The notes: a model not told the origin generated them from the sequence alone. A stretch of DNA of 22,189 nt from Deltaproteobacteria bacterium (GCA_032128375.1 JAQBGU010000203.1:1-22189), one strand, 5' to 3'; counted from the stretch's first letter, positions 8,056 to 17,442 are shown. Made by a program: numbers and translations.

Positions 8056-9029
8056 GGTTGCCCTCCCCAGAATTCGAAATAGTTGAACCACTCGAGCGGG
8101 TGGCGCTCGCAATAGGTTTCCAACACGGCAACGTATTGTCCCATCAGTTCCTGCGCGCGCTTCTCGCGCTCGGAAGGCCGCACACGTCCGGCGTCTCGCA
8201 GCGGACGCAACACGGTCTGGTAGCGCCCCATTTCGGTGCGAACGCACAGGGCCATCAGGACCGGGCAACCGAGAGTGCCGGCCAGCAGGAATGGGCCCAT
8301 CGGAAATCGCGCGGGCTTTCCGAGAAAGCTGGCGTCGGCTACGCGAGCGCCCGGACCAGGCCGCACGCGGTCTGCGAGAATCACGACGAATTCACCGCGG
8401 TCGATACACGCCTTGATTTCGAACGCTGCGCGAACCGACGTTGGGTCCAGACCGATCGCACGAACGTGTACGTCGGGGCTGATCGAATCGAAGAATTGAT
8501 TGACGCGCTGCGCGTTCTGGTAGTAAACGACGACGTTGACCGCCAGGTCGTACTCGCGACTGAGAAACCAGAGCATCTCGAAACTTCCCAGGTGAGCACC
8601 CAGCAGCAGCGCGCCGCGCCCCTGTTTGGCAAGTTCGAAAATTTTTTCGCTTCCATCGTGGTCGACCTGGTAGCTGTCGAGTGCACCTCCCCAGACGACG
8701 AGTCGATCGTAGATGCTGACCGCGAAAGCATGAATGTGGCGGAGCACCATCAAAGGGCCCGGCTGTCGGCCGAGCGATTTTCGTCCCGCCGGTGATGCCC
8801 AGACCCGGTCCAGGTATTGTCGCGAACCGCGATTCACTGCCCGGTGGAACAACTTGAAGTAGATCGCGATCGCCCACAGCACGACCGGCATGGGACGCCG
8901 CCCGAACGTTTTGTGAAACCACGCCCCGATGTGCAGCGCAGCCAGCGTGCCTCGTTCCGCGATGCGGCTCCAATCCGCCGATTCGGCTATGACGGAATTG
9001 CGTATCGCGCGCGGGCCCGTCGGCTTCAC
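8052..9029 (-). CDS. LpxL/HtrB-family acyltransferase (corresponds to the C-terminal half of ApeJ)
   Basis: WSRIAERG, LLLGAHLGSFE (HxxxxE), ILADR, FLGKPARFPMGP and PLEWFNYFEFW motifs. GTGA overlap at 9026-9029; alternative start 9041. Confidence 0.87.
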   Translation of the reverse strand: MKPTGPRAIRNSVIAESADWSRIAERGTLAALHIGAWFHKTFGRRPMPVVLWAIAIYFKLFHRAVNRGSRQYLDRVWASPAGRKSLGRQPGPLMVLRHIHAFAVSIYDRLVVWGGALDSYQVDHDGSEKIFELAKQGRGALLLGAHLGSFEMLWFLSREYDLAVNVVVYYQNAQRVNQFFDSISPDVHVRAIGLDPTSVRAAFEIKACIDRGEFVVILADRVRPGPGARVADASFLGKPARFPMGPFLLAGTLGCPVLMALCVRTEMGRYQTVLRPLRDAGRVRPSEREKRAQELMGQYVAVLETYCERHPLEWFNYFEFWGGQP

Positions 9030-9772
9030 GATTTTGTCCACGGGGCGATTCGGTGCAGCATCCAGCGCGGAGAACGCACGAGCATCCCGAGTAGTGCCGC
9101 TGAGTACACACCTGACATTCTCACGTTGTCGCCGACCATGTCAAAATGCGACAGGCCATCCGGGTTGTAGACCACCCGGGTGGACACATTGCGGATCGGG
9201 ACTCCGGCCCAGTGCAAGCGGATCACGAGGTTCGGATCGAATTCCATCCGATCGCCCAGTTCGGCCTCGTCGAGGAGTTTCACGGTGGCCGCTAAGGGTA
9301 CACCACGAAAGCCGCACAACGGGTCCGACACATCGAACGAGAGCGTCGCGGCCCACACCATCGCGCGGGAGAGCTGGCGTCCATACAGTCGTCCTTTCGG
9401 AACGCTGTCATCGAACACGGGCGAGCCGAGAACCAATGCGTCGGGATGATTGCGAATCATGTCGATGAAACGCGGGACGTCGGTTGTGTCGTGTTGCCCA
9501 TCAGCGTCGAGCTGGATCGCGTGGCTGAAGCCGCGTTCCAACGCCATCCGATACCCGGTCGCGAGGGCTGCGCCGCGGCCGCCGTTTCGATCCCGGTGGT
9601 AGACCTCGACCCAGGCGTGTTTCTTCCCGGCGGCGTCGAGCACGACGCGGGTTCCCGAGTCGCTACCGTCGTCGACGACGAAGCACTGAAGTCCGTAGTC
9701 GGCGAGCGCGTCGAGGACCCCGCGGATTTCGTCTTTGTGGTCGTAGATCGGTATCAACAGACAGGGATTCAA
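9026..9772 (-). CDS. Glycosyltransferase family 2 (corresponds to the N-terminal half of ApeJ)
   Basis: LLIPIYDH, VVDDGS, NGGRGAA, QLDADGQH, DPLCGFR and RMEFD motifs. Confidence 0.92.
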   Translation of the reverse strand: MNPCLLIPIYDHKDEIRGVLDALADYGLQCFVVDDGSDSGTRVVLDAAGKKHAWVEVYHRDRNGGRGAALATGYRMALERGFSHAIQLDADGQHDTTDVPRFIDMIRNHPDALVLGSPVFDDSVPKGRLYGRQLSRAMVWAATLSFDVSDPLCGFRGVPLAATVKLLDEAELGDRMEFDPNLVIRLHWAGVPIRNVSTRVVYNPDGLSHFDMVGDNVRMSGVYSAALLGMLVRSPRWMLHRIAPWTKS

Positions 9773-11574
9773 TCGATCTCTCCGAGCCGCCAGCGGCCGG
9801 TCGAAAAGGTACGCTCGCCGTCGAAGAGCCGAAAGCGGATCGCCCCGTGCGGGGCGGAAACTTCCACCTCCATATCAAGAGTCTGCCCGGGCAACAGTGG
9901 CTCCGGGAATTTCAAGGCCTCCAACCCGGTCGTTCTGGGTCGCTCGCCAAGCAGGTCGGTCGCCGCGTCCATCACCCAGCGCAACTGGACCACGCCCGCG
10001 ACCACCGGAAACGCATCGAAGTGCCCTTGCAGGTAAGTGAGGTCGTCAGGGACCTCGATGCGCCGCGCGATGCGATGCATCGATCTCGATTCCCCGATCA
10101 CGCTGGGATCGCGGCGGTCGGGTTCGAACAAGGCCTCGAGCCGCGTTCGTGGCAATTTTCCCTGCGCGTCGCGAGGCAGTTCGTCGAGGTAGCGCCACAC
10201 TCGCGGTAGCAACACACGATCCCAGCGCGGTGCGAGGTGGTCGCAAAGCGCTGCGCTGAGCGAGCGCCGGCCAGCGTCCCGAAGCAGGGTTCGGCCTTCG
10301 TCGTCGAGTGACACAACCGCGTGAACACGCTCTTGTCCACCGCGATCGAGAACCAGCAGCGCCGCCTCCCGAATCCGCGGGTGCTGCGCGAGGTCGCCCT
10401 CCATGGCGGGCAACGACAGGCGTTTTCCCCCCACCTTGACGATCCGATCGCCGCGACCCATCAGCAAGAATCCCGCCTCGGGTCGAAGTTCGATGCGATC
10501 GCCCATCTGGAATCGGCGCAACCCAGGGGCAACGACTTCGCCCTCGCTGGAGAAGGGCGAGGTGATGACGAGTCGATCCCCTTCGGCATCCCGTTCGACA
10601 CCGACTCGCGGAAGCGGATTCCACGTTTCGCCGTCCCGGGAACGCTGGCGGACCGCTACACCGCCGGTCTCGGTCGAACCGAGGATCTCGTAGGGTGACT
10701 CGCCCAGGGTGGCGGCAATCCCGTGTGCGGTCTCGGCGTCGAGCGGACCCCCAGACGAGAACACGGCGCGACACGCGGAGGCGACCGACTTCAGCTCCCC
10801 GGTGACTTCCATGCGCTTCAAATGCACCGGCGAACTCACGAGCAATGCATCCCCGGCAGCTGCCATTTGCGGCAGGATTTCCTGGGGGTGGAGCAACAAA
10901 TCGGTTTGAAATGCACGACCGGCAAGCAACGGCCAAAGCACTCGGAAGAGAAGACCATAGATGTGCTGATGAGACACGGTCGCAAATATCCGGGTCCGCT
11001 CCGCCAGGCGGTTGCCGAATACGCTCTCGAGCATCTCGACTTCGTCGACGAGATGGCTCCAGCATTTGACGACACCCTGGTCTTCGCCGGTCGTACCCGA
11101 AGTGCGAAACTCGGCCAAAGGTGAATCTCGGTCGATGTCACGCCAGTGCCAGTCGGGGCGCGAAGCGGAGGGCGGGTTGCCACGCGATGGACTGGCGAGG
11201 GACAGGCTCGTGTGTGACTGACTATTACACGACAAGGGCGCGAATGTCTGGATCCCGCCAAGTCCTGAGGCATCGATTTCTGGGTCAATCAACGCGGCGC
11301 TAACGCCTGCGCCGAGGCGTCGAAGCGTTTCGGGCTGTCGATTCGGAGCGAGCACCGCGATGCTGCCCGTCTCGGCCATCGCGAACAGGCACACCGCTGC
11401 TGCGTAGGAGTCCTCCGTGTAGACGAGGAAACGCTGGCCAGCGATTTTCTCCAGCGCATGACACAGCGCGGCTGTGTGATCTCGGAACTCGTGATCCGAG
11501 CGTTCTCCGAAGCGTCCAAAGGCGACGGTTCGCCCGTTCGGGGCCTCGTTGTGGAATAGCGTTGCGGCAGTCAT
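9769..11574 (-). CDS. Adenylate-forming acyl/aryl-ACP or -CoA ligase fused to a C-terminal hotdog dehydratase (ApeH+ApeI-like)
   Basis: TSGTTG, TVSHQHIYGLLF, FSSGGPL, EILGSTETGG, GDR, GRGDRIVKVGGKR and LPRDAQGK motifs. The C-terminal GHFDAFPVVAGVVQL marks the dehydratase. Start ATG 11574 or TTG 11586. Confidence 0.9.
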   Translation of the reverse strand: MTAATLFHNEAPNGRTVAFGRFGERSDHEFRDHTAALCHALEKIAGQRFLVYTEDSYAAAVCLFAMAETGSIAVLAPNRQPETLRRLGAGVSAALIDPEIDASGLGGIQTFAPLSCNSQSHTSLSLASPSRGNPPSASRPDWHWRDIDRDSPLAEFRTSGTTGEDQGVVKCWSHLVDEVEMLESVFGNRLAERTRIFATVSHQHIYGLLFRVLWPLLAGRAFQTDLLLHPQEILPQMAAAGDALLVSSPVHLKRMEVTGELKSVASACRAVFSSGGPLDAETAHGIAATLGESPYEILGSTETGGVAVRQRSRDGETWNPLPRVGVERDAEGDRLVITSPFSSEGEVVAPGLRRFQMGDRIELRPEAGFLLMGRGDRIVKVGGKRLSLPAMEGDLAQHPRIREAALLVLDRGGQERVHAVVSLDDEGRTLLRDAGRRSLSAALCDHLAPRWDRVLLPRVWRYLDELPRDAQGKLPRTRLEALFEPDRRDPSVIGESRSMHRIARRIEVPDDLTYLQGHFDAFPVVAGVVQLRWVMDAATDLLGERPRTTGLEALKFPEPLLPGQTLDMEVEVSAPHGAIRFRLFDGERTFSTGRWRLGEID

Positions 11575-11592
11575 GCTTGGACTCAAACCGAG

Positions 11593-11925
11593 CTAGGACT
11601 CTCCCGCCAGCCGGATCGAGATCCGGCTGGCGAGGTCGGCGAGCGTTTTGCATTCGCGCACGTCGTCCTCGTCGAGTCCGACACCGACCGCGTCGCCAAC
11701 TTCTTGCAACAGCGAGATGACGTCGAGGCTATCGAGATCGAGGTCGTCGAAGAGGTGGGCGTCGGGTCGAACCGGGTCTCCCGAGATCTCGAACTCGGCT
11801 GCAAGTACCTCACGCATCTTCTCGAAGATTTCTGCCGGAGACAAACTTCGATGCGTCGCGCTCACGGTCTCCGGAACTGTCTCGGCCTCTGTCTCAGGCA
11901 TTATCTCAGGCACTGTCTCAGGCAT
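11593..11925 (-). CDS. Acyl carrier protein 2 (ApeF-like) with repetitive N-terminal extension
   Basis: DLDLDSLD phosphopantetheine site; acidic helical core. Confidence 0.9.
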   Translation of the reverse strand: MPETVPEIMPETEAETVPETVSATHRSLSPAEIFEKMREVLAAEFEISGDPVRPDAHLFDDLDLDSLDVISLLQEVGDAVGVGLDEDDVRECKTLADLASRISIRLAGES

Positions 11926-11937
11926 TATCTGGGGTTC
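11854..11937 (-). repeat. About seven degenerate 12-bp tandem units (consensus RTGCCTGAGAYA) encoding (EPQI)-MPET-VPEI-MPET-EAET-VPET-VSAT
   Basis: - strand: gaaccccagata atgcctgagaca gtgcctgagata atgcctgagaca gaggccgagaca gttccggagacc gtgagcgcgacg. Confidence 0.85.
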
Positions 11938-12207
11938 CTACGAGACGCGGTTCTCATCGACGTATGTCGCGAGGTTTCGCACAGAGGCGAAGATCTGGCG
12001 ATTCGTATCGGGGTCGTCTCCGATCTGAACGCCGTAGCGTTCTTCGAGGGCCATCGCGAGTTCCAACGCGTCGATCGAATCGAGTCCGAGCCCCTCGATG
12101 AACAATGCCGCACCGGATTCGATGTGATCCGGCTCGACGTCTTCGAGCGCGAGTGCGTCGATGATGAGTTCTTTGAGTTCGAATTCAAGCGTTTCCGACG
12201 TCGACAA
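11938..12207 (-). CDS. Acyl carrier protein 1 (ApeE-like)
   Basis: ELKELIIDALALED...GLGLDSIDALEL...FASVRNLATYV; AAAGGA upstream of the TTG start. Confidence 0.93.
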   Translation of the reverse strand: MSTSETLEFELKELIIDALALEDVEPDHIESGAALFIEGLGLDSIDALELAMALEERYGVQIGDDPDTNRQIFASVRNLATYVDENRVS

Positions 12208-12985
12208 TGTTCAGTCCTTTGACGAGCGCTTCGCGAAGTTGACAAGTCAGGCGCCTGGCAGCCAGCGGCGGTGTCGCTCCGCTTTCTGCGATGGGCTTCG
12301 TAGAGATCGGATCGATGACGGTCACCGTCAAGGTGAAGGCGCGATCGGGCACATCGTACCACTTTTCGTTCTTTCCCAGCGTGGGTGGGTCGCACTGGAT
12401 CACCACGGGTTGAAGCGCGCATTCGGCGGCCAGCGCAATGTGGGCTGCGCCGCGTCGAAATGGGTGCAGACCCCCGCGAGGCGACCGTGTTCCCTCCGGA
12501 AAGACGATCAGCGATCGACCCTCCCGAAGCCGCCGTGAGCACGCCTCGATGAGGCCGGCGGCGCCGTGCTTGCTCACGTCGTTATTGACGTAGCCACAAG
12601 CGGAGACCATGCCGCCCAACAGCCAGTTCCCGGCTCGATCGCCACTGACGATGCAGTCTGCCTGGGGCATGAATGCCAGTAGCGCAAGCACGTCGATCAG
12701 CGTGGGGTGATTCGCGACCACCAGGTGTGCGCCCGGTTCCCGTAGCCGCTCAGTCTGATACCCATTCAATCGCATGACCCCGAGTCGCTCGAGAAACAGC
12801 AGAAAGATGCGAGCACCGTGGTGTGCCGTGAGCTGCATCCGGAGCTGGCGCTCGGTCGTGCTCGATGATCTCCAACGGGAAACCGGCAGCGCGACCAGCG
12901 CGAGCAGCAGCACCGATACGCCGAAAGCCGCGAAGCCCAACCCCGTCCCCGCGACTCTCCACCAATATGCAATCGTGCTAGCCAT
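12185..12985 (-). CDS. PlsC-family lysophospholipid acyltransferase (ApeD-like)
   Basis: N-terminal TM segment WWRVAGTGLGFAAFG, ANHPTLID (HxxxxD), FPEGTRS, FRRGAA and KNEKWYDVP. Start ATG 12985 or 13009. Confidence 0.9.
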   Translation of the reverse strand: MASTIAYWWRVAGTGLGFAAFGVSVLLLALVALPVSRWRSSSTTERQLRMQLTAHHGARIFLLFLERLGVMRLNGYQTERLREPGAHLVVANHPTLIDVLALLAFMPQADCIVSGDRAGNWLLGGMVSACGYVNNDVSKHGAAGLIEACSRRLREGRSLIVFPEGTRSPRGGLHPFRRGAAHIALAAECALQPVVIQCDPPTLGKNEKWYDVPDRAFTLTVTVIDPISTKPIAESGATPPLAARRLTCQLREALVKGLNIVDVGNA

Positions 12986-13041
12986 CAGGTCCCAGTGGTG
13001 ACTTCTCATCCGGCATCGGGGCGGGATTCGCCTGGCCAACA

Positions 13042-13070
13042 CGTGTACTCTGATGCCCCATTTGATGCAA
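13042..13070 (-). promoter_or_regulatory. Putative sigma70-type promoter of the left operon
   Basis: - strand TTGCAT-N17-TACACG in the divergent intergenic region. Confidence 0.35.
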
Positions 13071-13364
13071 ATCGCCAGTGGCGGATCGACTCGCTCCGGG
13101 CAGCCGGTCCGCGAGCGAATCTCGCAGCCCGTCGGCGCTGAGGCGCTCTCGCGCACCCTGCTACCCTGCTGCCAGTGAATAGGCACACGCATCCGCGCCG
13201 GTACCCGGCTGCATCGCCCGAGCTATTGCGGGTGCGGGTCGAACGGCTCGAAAGCACGCGCGATTTCTCCAACGAGCGTCTGCTCCCGCTGATGCTGGAG
13301 GCACGCTCGGCAGGCCCCTGCGGAGTGTTGGGCGACGGCTCGCTACGCGTTGGCCTTTGCTGAC

Positions 13365-13778
13365 GTGAGCGAACGGCTGCGCGAAACGCACGTTGAACTC
13401 GAAGTGCCGTTTCGACACGTCGACATGCTCGGCGTGGCCTGGCACGGCCACTACTTCGAATACTTCGAAGAGGCGCGCACGAAACTGCTGCGCAGCTGTG
13501 ACCTCGACACGGGGGACCTGATCGGACCGCGTTTCGCATTCTTCGTGATCGAGAGTCGATGTCGACATACCGCCCCACTGTTCTACCGGGACCGGATTCG
13601 CGTCGCGGCCTGGTTGCGAGACATCCGACATCGAATCCACATCCGCTACGAGATCACGAATCTGAGTCAGGGCAGTAGCCGCGCGGCGCGCGCGCATACG
13701 ATCCTCGCCACCACCGATCTCGAACGAAATCTCCTGCTACAGACGCCCGATGAAATTCAGCGCCGTCTTCGCGGCTAG
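13365..13778 (+). CDS. Acyl-CoA thioesterase, 4-hydroxybenzoyl-CoA/YbgC hotdog family (ApeK-like)
   Basis: VPFRHVDMLGVAWHGHYFEYFEEAR motif. Start GTG 13365 or TTG 13350. Confidence 0.9.
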   Translation: MSERLRETHVELEVPFRHVDMLGVAWHGHYFEYFEEARTKLLRSCDLDTGDLIGPRFAFFVIESRCRHTAPLFYRDRIRVAAWLRDIRHRIHIRYEITNLSQGSSRAARAHTILATTDLERNLLLQTPDEIQRRLRG

Positions 13779-14448
13779 TCTCGCCGTCGCGCTGCTGGGC
13801 GTTTCGGCTGCCATTTCGGCTGGCGAAGACCGCGTGCCCACATCGGCCGAACTCACACTCGATTCGCTGATGGCAGAGATGTCGACTGCCCGCGGTGTGG
13901 TCGCGAATTTCCGCGAGCAGAAGGAAATCGCCCTGCTCGTGGCTCCGCTCGAGAGCAGCGGCGTACTCTACTTCGCAGCCCCTGGGCGTTTGGCGCGTTT
14001 CACGCTTGCGCCCAGCTTCTCGTCGCTTGTGATCGATGGCGACACACTGCGTTTTCGCGATGGCGAAGCAGGCGAGGAGTTCGACCTGTCGGGAAACCCA
14101 ATGGCCCGCGTGTTCGTGGACAACTTCATCGTGTTGTTCAATGGAGACGTCGAGCGGCTTCGCGAACTCTACGATGCGGAGTTCTCGACTGAAGGCCAGA
14201 GCTGGTCGCTGCGGCTGATACCCAGAAGCGAACGTCTGCGGGTCGCGGTCGAATCGATCGTTCTGACTGGCGGTCGCGGAACTGGGGGAAGGGGCGGGAT
14301 CCGCCGGATGGAAATGCGCAGTTCTGATGGCGATCGCACGACGACCCATCTCGAGACCCGACAAGCGGACCGCCGGTTTAGCGACGCGGAACTCGAGGTG
14401 CTGTTCTCGCAGCGGGTTCCTCTGCGCGCCACCCCCGCCACCCGTTGA
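13750..14448 (+). CDS. LolA-like outer-membrane lipoprotein carrier-family protein (ApeL-like)
   Basis: Signal peptide, NFREQKEIALLVAPLESSGVLYFAAPG, WSLRLIP and DGDRT motifs. Confidence 0.85.
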   Translation: MKFSAVFAASLAVALLGVSAAISAGEDRVPTSAELTLDSLMAEMSTARGVVANFREQKEIALLVAPLESSGVLYFAAPGRLARFTLAPSFSSLVIDGDTLRFRDGEAGEEFDLSGNPMARVFVDNFIVLFNGDVERLRELYDAEFSTEGQSWSLRLIPRSERLRVAVESIVLTGGRGTGGRGGIRRMEMRSSDGDRTTTHLETRQADRRFSDAELEVLFSQRVPLRATPATR

Positions 14449-16823
14449 GTCGTGGCACCGCCGCAGTCCAGATTGCCGCCGCGCTGGCGTTGCTGATCTA
14501 CTGTGGGTCGAACCTGCGCATCGGAAGCGACCTCAGCCACTTCATGCCCGACACCAACCGGTCGGAGCTCGCGCAGATTTCGAGCCACCTGACCGACTCG
14601 CCGTTCACTCGGACGATGGTGCTCTCGATCGAATCCGACGAACTCGCAGTGTCGATTGCTGCCGCCGGCGAGCTGGCATCCGCGCTGCGCGACGAACCGG
14701 AGGTCGCCTGGCTTCGTTCCGGTCTCGACGCGACCCAGCTCGAGGATCTCTACAAGCTGTTCTTCCCGCACCGCTTGTCGTTTCTGTCGGACCAGCCCGA
14801 GCGCGACATCCCCGCGATGTTCGAAACCGAGGCGCTGCGCGAAAGGGCCCGTCGGCTGAAGGCGGATCTGGCGTCGCCGGCGTCCGGTCTGCTGACTCGA
14901 ATCGCTCCGGAAGACCCGATATCGAGTTTCCGCGCGCTCGTGGACCGGTTTCGTCGCGGCGATGACGTACTGAAGATTATCGACGGCCAGCTGGTCACGC
15001 GCGACGAGCGCTTTGCGATCGCGATGCTGGGTACACACGCATCCGCTTTCGAATCGGGTCCACAGGCGCTGTTGTTGGCGAAGATCCAGAAGCGATTCGA
15101 ACACATTCGCGCGCGTCTCGGCGCGAACTTGAAACTCGAGATGGCCGGTGCCAATCGCTTTGCAGTGGCGGCCGAGCAGAGTATCAAGAGCGATGTCTAC
15201 CTGATCGGAGCGTGTTCGTTCATCGGCGTGGCAACGCTGTTTTTCGCGTTCATCGGAGGTTGGCGGGCATTTCTGGTCGTCTCGGTGCCTCCGCTGGTCG
15301 GAATCCTGGTCGCGACTGCCGTCGGCCTGGCGTGGTTCGGCAGCTTGGACGGCATCACGATGGCCTTCGGCGCATCGCTGATGGGAATCGCAATCGACTA
15401 TTCGAATCACGTGTTGATCCACAACCGGCTCGGTCCAGCAGGAGAGACGCCCAGTGAAACGACGCGCCGAATTCGGCCCTCGTTGATGTTGGGTGCGATC
15501 ACGACCGTCGCGAGTCTCGGTGGACTGGCGATGACTTCGTTTCCGGCCTTTCGCGAAATGAGTTTCTTCGCTTCGCTGGGTGTGATGGCGGCACTCTGGG
15601 CCAGTCTGGTCCCGTTGCGTGCCCTGCTGCCATTCGCACCACAGCTACCGGCGCGCTCCGCGGCGACAGCAGCGTGGCTCGGCCGGCACTTCTCCCGTCT
15701 CGAGCGCGCGCCCCGTGTGTGGCTGTGCATTCCGCTCGCGGTGCTGCCATTGGCCATGTTTTCGTTACCCCGGCTCGAATGGAATGACGACATGTCGGAG
15801 TTGACGAGCTTTCCAGAAGAGCTGATCGAGCAGGACAAGCGTGTACGCCAGCGCGTGTCGAGGGTCGACACCAGTCGATTTGCGATCGGCCTCGCGGCCG
15901 ACGAGAAAAGCGCAGTCGCGTTGAGCGACCAGATCCACGAACGGCTGGTGGCTGCGGCCCAGGCGGGCGAAATCGACGGGGATCGGTCACTTCACGACCT
16001 GCTCTGGTCCGAAGATCTTCAGAGCCGCAATTGGCGGGCCGTGAAGGGCGCCACCGATCTCTATGAGCGCCTCGACGCAGCGTTTGTGGCCGAGGGGTTT
16101 CGATCGGGCGCGTTCCGCGTCTTCGGAGGCGCGATCGCCGGGCCGCCTCCAACCCCGCTGGCGCTCAGCGATCTGGCGAACAGCGCTCTTGGAGACCTTC
16201 TCGCGCCGTATTCGTTTCGGTTGGGTGACGACGTCGCGGTCGTGACGTATCTCGATGGCATCCACCAACCCGAAGCGTTGCGCGCGCGGCTAGCCGACCT
16301 CGAACGCGTCTTCCTGCTCGATCAGTCGACTTTCGTAAACGACATCTACAGCGAATTTCGCACCAGCACGTTGCGGCAGATCGTGATCGGAGGGGTGCTG
16401 GTTTTCGCCATTCTGGTGGCTCGCTACCGCGCCTGGAGACCGACGCTGGCGGCTTTTCTGCCCGCGGCGATCGTGGCAACCCTGCTGCTGTCGATCTTCG
16501 CTCTCGCCGGAGTGCGGGCCAACCTGTTGCACGCGATGAGTCTGATCATGGTGATGGGTATGGGGGTCGATTACGGGGTATTCCTGGCGGACAGCGCAGC
16601 GGATCGCGCATCGATCGGTGCGACGATGCTGAGCTTGCTGATGTCGTGTCTCACGACAGTGTTCGTGTTCGGAACGCTGGCGATCTCGTCGCAGCCCGCC
16701 TTGCGCGCGATCGGGGTCACGACGGGGCTCGGAGTCCTGCTTTCCTACGCACTGGCGCCCGTTGTTCTCGCCATGCTGGGGCCCGGCCGGCCGTTGCCCG
16801 CTGGTGGATTGCGCGGTGAGTAG
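14445..16823 (+). CDS. MMPL/RND-family exporter (ApeM-like)
   Basis: Two TM bundles separated by large soluble loops; MGIAIDY and MGMGVDY motifs; TTGA overlap with the upstream gene. Confidence 0.9.
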   Translation: MSRGTAAVQIAAALALLIYCGSNLRIGSDLSHFMPDTNRSELAQISSHLTDSPFTRTMVLSIESDELAVSIAAAGELASALRDEPEVAWLRSGLDATQLEDLYKLFFPHRLSFLSDQPERDIPAMFETEALRERARRLKADLASPASGLLTRIAPEDPISSFRALVDRFRRGDDVLKIIDGQLVTRDERFAIAMLGTHASAFESGPQALLLAKIQKRFEHIRARLGANLKLEMAGANRFAVAAEQSIKSDVYLIGACSFIGVATLFFAFIGGWRAFLVVSVPPLVGILVATAVGLAWFGSLDGITMAFGASLMGIAIDYSNHVLIHNRLGPAGETPSETTRRIRPSLMLGAITTVASLGGLAMTSFPAFREMSFFASLGVMAALWASLVPLRALLPFAPQLPARSAATAAWLGRHFSRLERAPRVWLCIPLAVLPLAMFSLPRLEWNDDMSELTSFPEELIEQDKRVRQRVSRVDTSRFAIGLAADEKSAVALSDQIHERLVAAAQAGEIDGDRSLHDLLWSEDLQSRNWRAVKGATDLYERLDAAFVAEGFRSGAFRVFGGAIAGPPPTPLALSDLANSALGDLLAPYSFRLGDDVAVVTYLDGIHQPEALRARLADLERVFLLDQSTFVNDIYSEFRTSTLRQIVIGGVLVFAILVARYRAWRPTLAAFLPAAIVATLLLSIFALAGVRANLLHAMSLIMVMGMGVDYGVFLADSAADRASIGATMLSLLMSCLTTVFVFGTLAISSQPALRAIGVTTGLGVLLSYALAPVVLAMLGPGRPLPAGGLRGE

Positions 16824-17442
16824 CTCGAGCCGATCTTTCATGTGCTCGATGGCCGCAGTGGCCGTGGCCTGTGTTGTGGCTGGCTGCTCGCACATTCCAT
16901 GGCGGCCGCTGGCGCTCGCCGCGTGTCCAGGCGTGCTTCGCCCAATCGACCAGATCGATGGAGAGTTCGTACTTCAGCACAGCGTACGCATTCGAACCAA
17001 GGATCTGGACATCCCATTGCGACTCGTCGTGCAGAAGACTGCAGACGAGTTGGTGGCGATCGGCTTCAATCCCATCGGTGCGAAACTATTTACCGTAGTA
17101 CAGCGCTCGCAAGGGACCGAAGTCGATGCGCTGCCGCGGCCAGTCCTGGCGGTGTCGCCATTGAGCGTATTTCGCGATCTGCATCGCATTCGCTTTCTGG
17201 CCGCGCCGCTGCCCGACACGGGCGATGGCCGCTCGAGCCAGTCGTTCGCTGGCACCGTGGTCAGCGACACCTGGCGGGCCGGAACGTTGATTCGGCGGGA
17301 ACTCACGGCTGCCAGTCAGCCCTGGCCGACGACGTTGAGTTTCGAACCCGGTGCGTCCAGCGTCGCGGTCGATAACCCCAGTTGCGGGTATCAGTCGAAA
17401 TGGGTGACCGTGTCCGAACAGGCGATCCCTCGAGCGTGGTGA
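16816..17442 (+). CDS. Putative lipoprotein, DUF3261-like (ApeN-like)
   Basis: Hydrophobic signal with lipobox VAGC, LVAIGFNPIGAKLF and a C-terminal NPSCGY; located directly after the MMPL gene. Confidence 0.68.
   Translation: MSSSSRSFMCSMAAVAVACVVAGCSHIPWRPLALAACPGVLRPIDQIDGEFVLQHSVRIRTKDLDIPLRLVVQKTADELVAIGFNPIGAKLFTVVQRSQGTEVDALPRPVLAVSPLSVFRDLHRIRFLAAPLPDTGDGRSSQSFAGTVVSDTWRAGTLIRRELTAASQPWPTTLSFEPGASSVAVDNPSCGYQSKWVTVSEQAIPRAW

Noticed and set aside
13175..13363. 62-aa ORF upstream of the thioesterase as a leader peptide or KS remnant
   Set aside because: No recognisable motif or ribosome-binding site; cannot be supported.
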